Position numbers and translations under genes: made by a program. Below the pieces are notes generated by a model, which was given only the letters and a program-made list of their open reading frames with translations, made no database searches and was not told where the DNA came from. A DNA stretch of 64,000 nucleotides from positions 217,188,001-217,252,000 of the forward strand of contig NC_086097.1 of the NCBI RefSeq assembly GCF_963921235.1. Direction: 5' to 3'. The stretch comes from Mobula hypostoma. Taxonomy: Eukaryota. Below are positions 61,541-64,000 of this stretch, one piece after another. The stretch's first letter is position 1. Each line of letters starts with the position of its first letter.

Positions 61541-62469
61541 AGTCCAATTCAACATGGCGCTAGTGAAACACAGCAACGACTTACCAGCAGCAAACAAAAC
61601 TACTAACTACTTTGTTATCACACTTTTTCCAGTAAACAATCACTGCAATAGCCTGTAACTTCCCTTTCGGAGTTGTGCTTTGAAACCGCTGCACAACTTG
61701 GCATTTTTGTGGTGTGAACAGAAGTCTCAAATGTGCAGGATATTTGCAGCATGCCGTGTGGTGACGGGGCCTTAGCTCAAGAGCGAGGAATGAGCTAATG
61801 TATGGCCATTACCGGAGTGGACCTGGAACCAGCTCAAAGCAGCAGATCTGAGGCAAGGCAGCAGGGCCCGAGCCCAGGAGCAAGGAACAAGCCGATGTTT
61901 GACTGATTTAAACACCGGGCCAGACTATAAAAGTCTGGTATGGGCTGAACCAAGGCAGCAAGAATAATCATGGAAGAACTGTTGCATATCCATGCTGACT
62001 GTAGTCTGTTAGTCAGGAAATCAAAGATCCACCTGCAAAAAGAGATGTTCAAGTTGTCAGTAATATGTCATCAAAGCCAAATTATTTTGATTAAAACTTA
62101 GGTTTACTATAATCACTATCTGAATTGCCCTCAGGGTACTGTACAAAATGATGTAATAGATGTAACTCCAACGTTTGTACTGTTATTCATAAAGCCAATG
62201 CATTAGTACAGTGAGCTTAGATTAAGCATAACTTGAAGTAACGCTGACAAATCTCTTCTTTCTCCCCTCTCCCCACCAAAATCAGGCAGAAGATATAAAA
62301 GCCTGAAAGCACATACCACCAGCCCAAGCACAGCTTCCATCCCTGGCTTTTGAGACTATTGGACAGTTGCCTCATACAAGAAGGTGGACAATTTACCTCA
62401 CTGTGGCCTTGCACCTTATTGTCTTCCTGCACTGCACTTTCTCTGTAACAATCCAGAATTAAATGTCCA

Positions 62470-63375
62470 ATCACAAACATGAGAAAACCTGCAGATGCTA
62501 GAAAACCAAACCATACACACAAAATGCTGGAGGAACTCAGCAGGCCAGGCAGCATCTAGGGAGAAGAGTAAACAATTGATGTTTCAGGCCGAGACCCTTC
62601 ATCAATACCGAGAAAAAAAGATGAGAAGTCAGAGCAAGAAGGTGCACCACCAAGCACATCTTTCCCTCCACCCCACTTCCGGCTTTCTGCAGGAATTGTT
62701 CCCTTGCCATTCGTCCCTCCCCACTGATTTACCTCTTGGCACCTCCCCCTACACCACCTCCCTACCATTCAGGGCTCCAAACAGTCCCTCCAGGTGAGGC
62801 CACATTTCACCTGTTGGGGTCATCTACTGTATCTGGTGTGACGTCCCGTATATCCGTGAGACCCGATATAGATTGGGTGATGGCTTCGCTGAGCACCTAC
62901 ATTCCGTCTGCCGCAAAAAGCCAGATCTCCCAGTGGCCACCCATTTTATTTCAACTTCCCATTCCAACATGTCAGTCCATGGCCTCCTCTACTGCCGTGA
63001 TGAAGCCACACTCCGTCTGGAGAAGCAACACCTGTATTCCATCTGGGTAGCCTCCAACCCGATTGCATTAACATTGATTCCTCGAACTTCCAGCAATAGA
63101 CCCCCTCCCCCTCATCATTCCCATTTCCCTCTCACCTTATCTCCTTACAGGCCCATCATCTCCTTCTGGTGCTTCCCTTTCTTCCATAGCCTTCTATCAG
63201 ATTTCCCCTTCTCCAGCCCTTTCTCTCTTTCACCGATCGTCTCCCCAGATCTTTGCTTCACCCCTCCTCCAGTTTCACCTATTACCACCTTGTATTTCTT
63301 CCTCCCCTCCCCACCTTCTTACTGACTTCTCAGCTTTTTTCTCCAGTTCTGATAAAGGGTCTCAGCCCGAAGCTT
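62470..63375 (+). mobile_element. Penelope 3' fragment (GIY-YIG) preceded by an inverted terminal repeat
   Basis: GETRYRLGDGFAEHL.SV...PVATHF..RLEKQHL-like sequence on the + strand. 62470-62640 is the reverse complement of the terminal repeat. Confidence 0.75.
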
Positions 63376-64000
63376 TGAAACTTCCCAAGGCTTTGAGTGC
63401 CACTATACAAAATAATTATGAAAAGGTTTGCATGTTTAATTATTAGGCATTATCAGAGTTTTGCTAGATTACTAAAGCTCTCGGAACAGGCGTAAGTTTA
63501 GGCAAAAAAATAATTTGCTTGTTTTCACTTCTCATAACCACTTTAAGTCAGTCTGCCCCATCCCACCAAAATAGTTAAGTGCAGAACTTATTTGTTCTCA
63601 AGAAATGAAAGTTTAAGTCAATACTGCCTCACCAAAATAACATGGTAACATTTGGAATGTTATCCTTGTTGGTAACTTCAATGCTCTGTCACAAAACTGA
63701 ATTTGTCACAGACAAAATTAGCTAATTTAATAATAACCTGCAGCTGAATTTGCCATCACATCTTTGACCAGTTTCTAATCCATCTTAATCCTCCAGTAAC
63801 TAATTAAGACGTAATCAACCATTTTGTAAAAGACTTTTTTTAATTTTGTTTTTTTACATATGGAATGAAACAGATTTTGTAAACAAAATACAAACTGATC
63901 CAACGCAGCATCAACACAGGCTCCAAACTGCTGGGGTTACATTATTCCTGCTGCACAGCTACAAAAACAAAAGAGAGTTAGGTTACAGACAGATCAGCTA

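Noticed and set aside
60050..64000. Exons of the next gene downstream of ADHFE1
   Set aside because: I could not recognise any coding exon; the region is AT-rich sequence and TE remnants.

Overview
Vertebrate genomic DNA, very probably from a cartilaginous fish. This is inferred from the CR1/Rex/Penelope/V-SINE repeat content; the species cannot be determined. There are two host genes, both on the + strand and in the mammalian order. RRS1 is a single-exon gene (17449-18453). ADHFE1 (hydroxyacid-oxoacid transhydrogenase) is complete, with 14 coding exons (26253-58388) that I spliced by hand at GT-AG sites into a 1395-nt CDS of 464 aa. Most of the rest is transposable elements: one apparently intact, near full-length CR1 LINE (96-4278, minus strand) nested in an older CR1; many truncated CR1, Rex/Babar and L2 LINEs; Penelope-like elements with hammerhead-ribozyme-type motifs; V-SINEs; a pogo element; a Tigger-like MITE; and a deleted hAT element ending 82 nt before the ADHFE1 start codon. 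The most interesting signal is in the intact CR1. Its ORF2 has no AUG ahead of the endonuclease domain and overlaps ORF1 by only 16 nt in the -1 frame. That overlap holds a perfect U_UUA_AAC slippery heptamer directly before the ORF1 stop, which suggests programmed -1 ribosomal frameshifting to give an ORF1-ORF2 fusion. Boundaries of decayed repeats are approximate (tens of bp).
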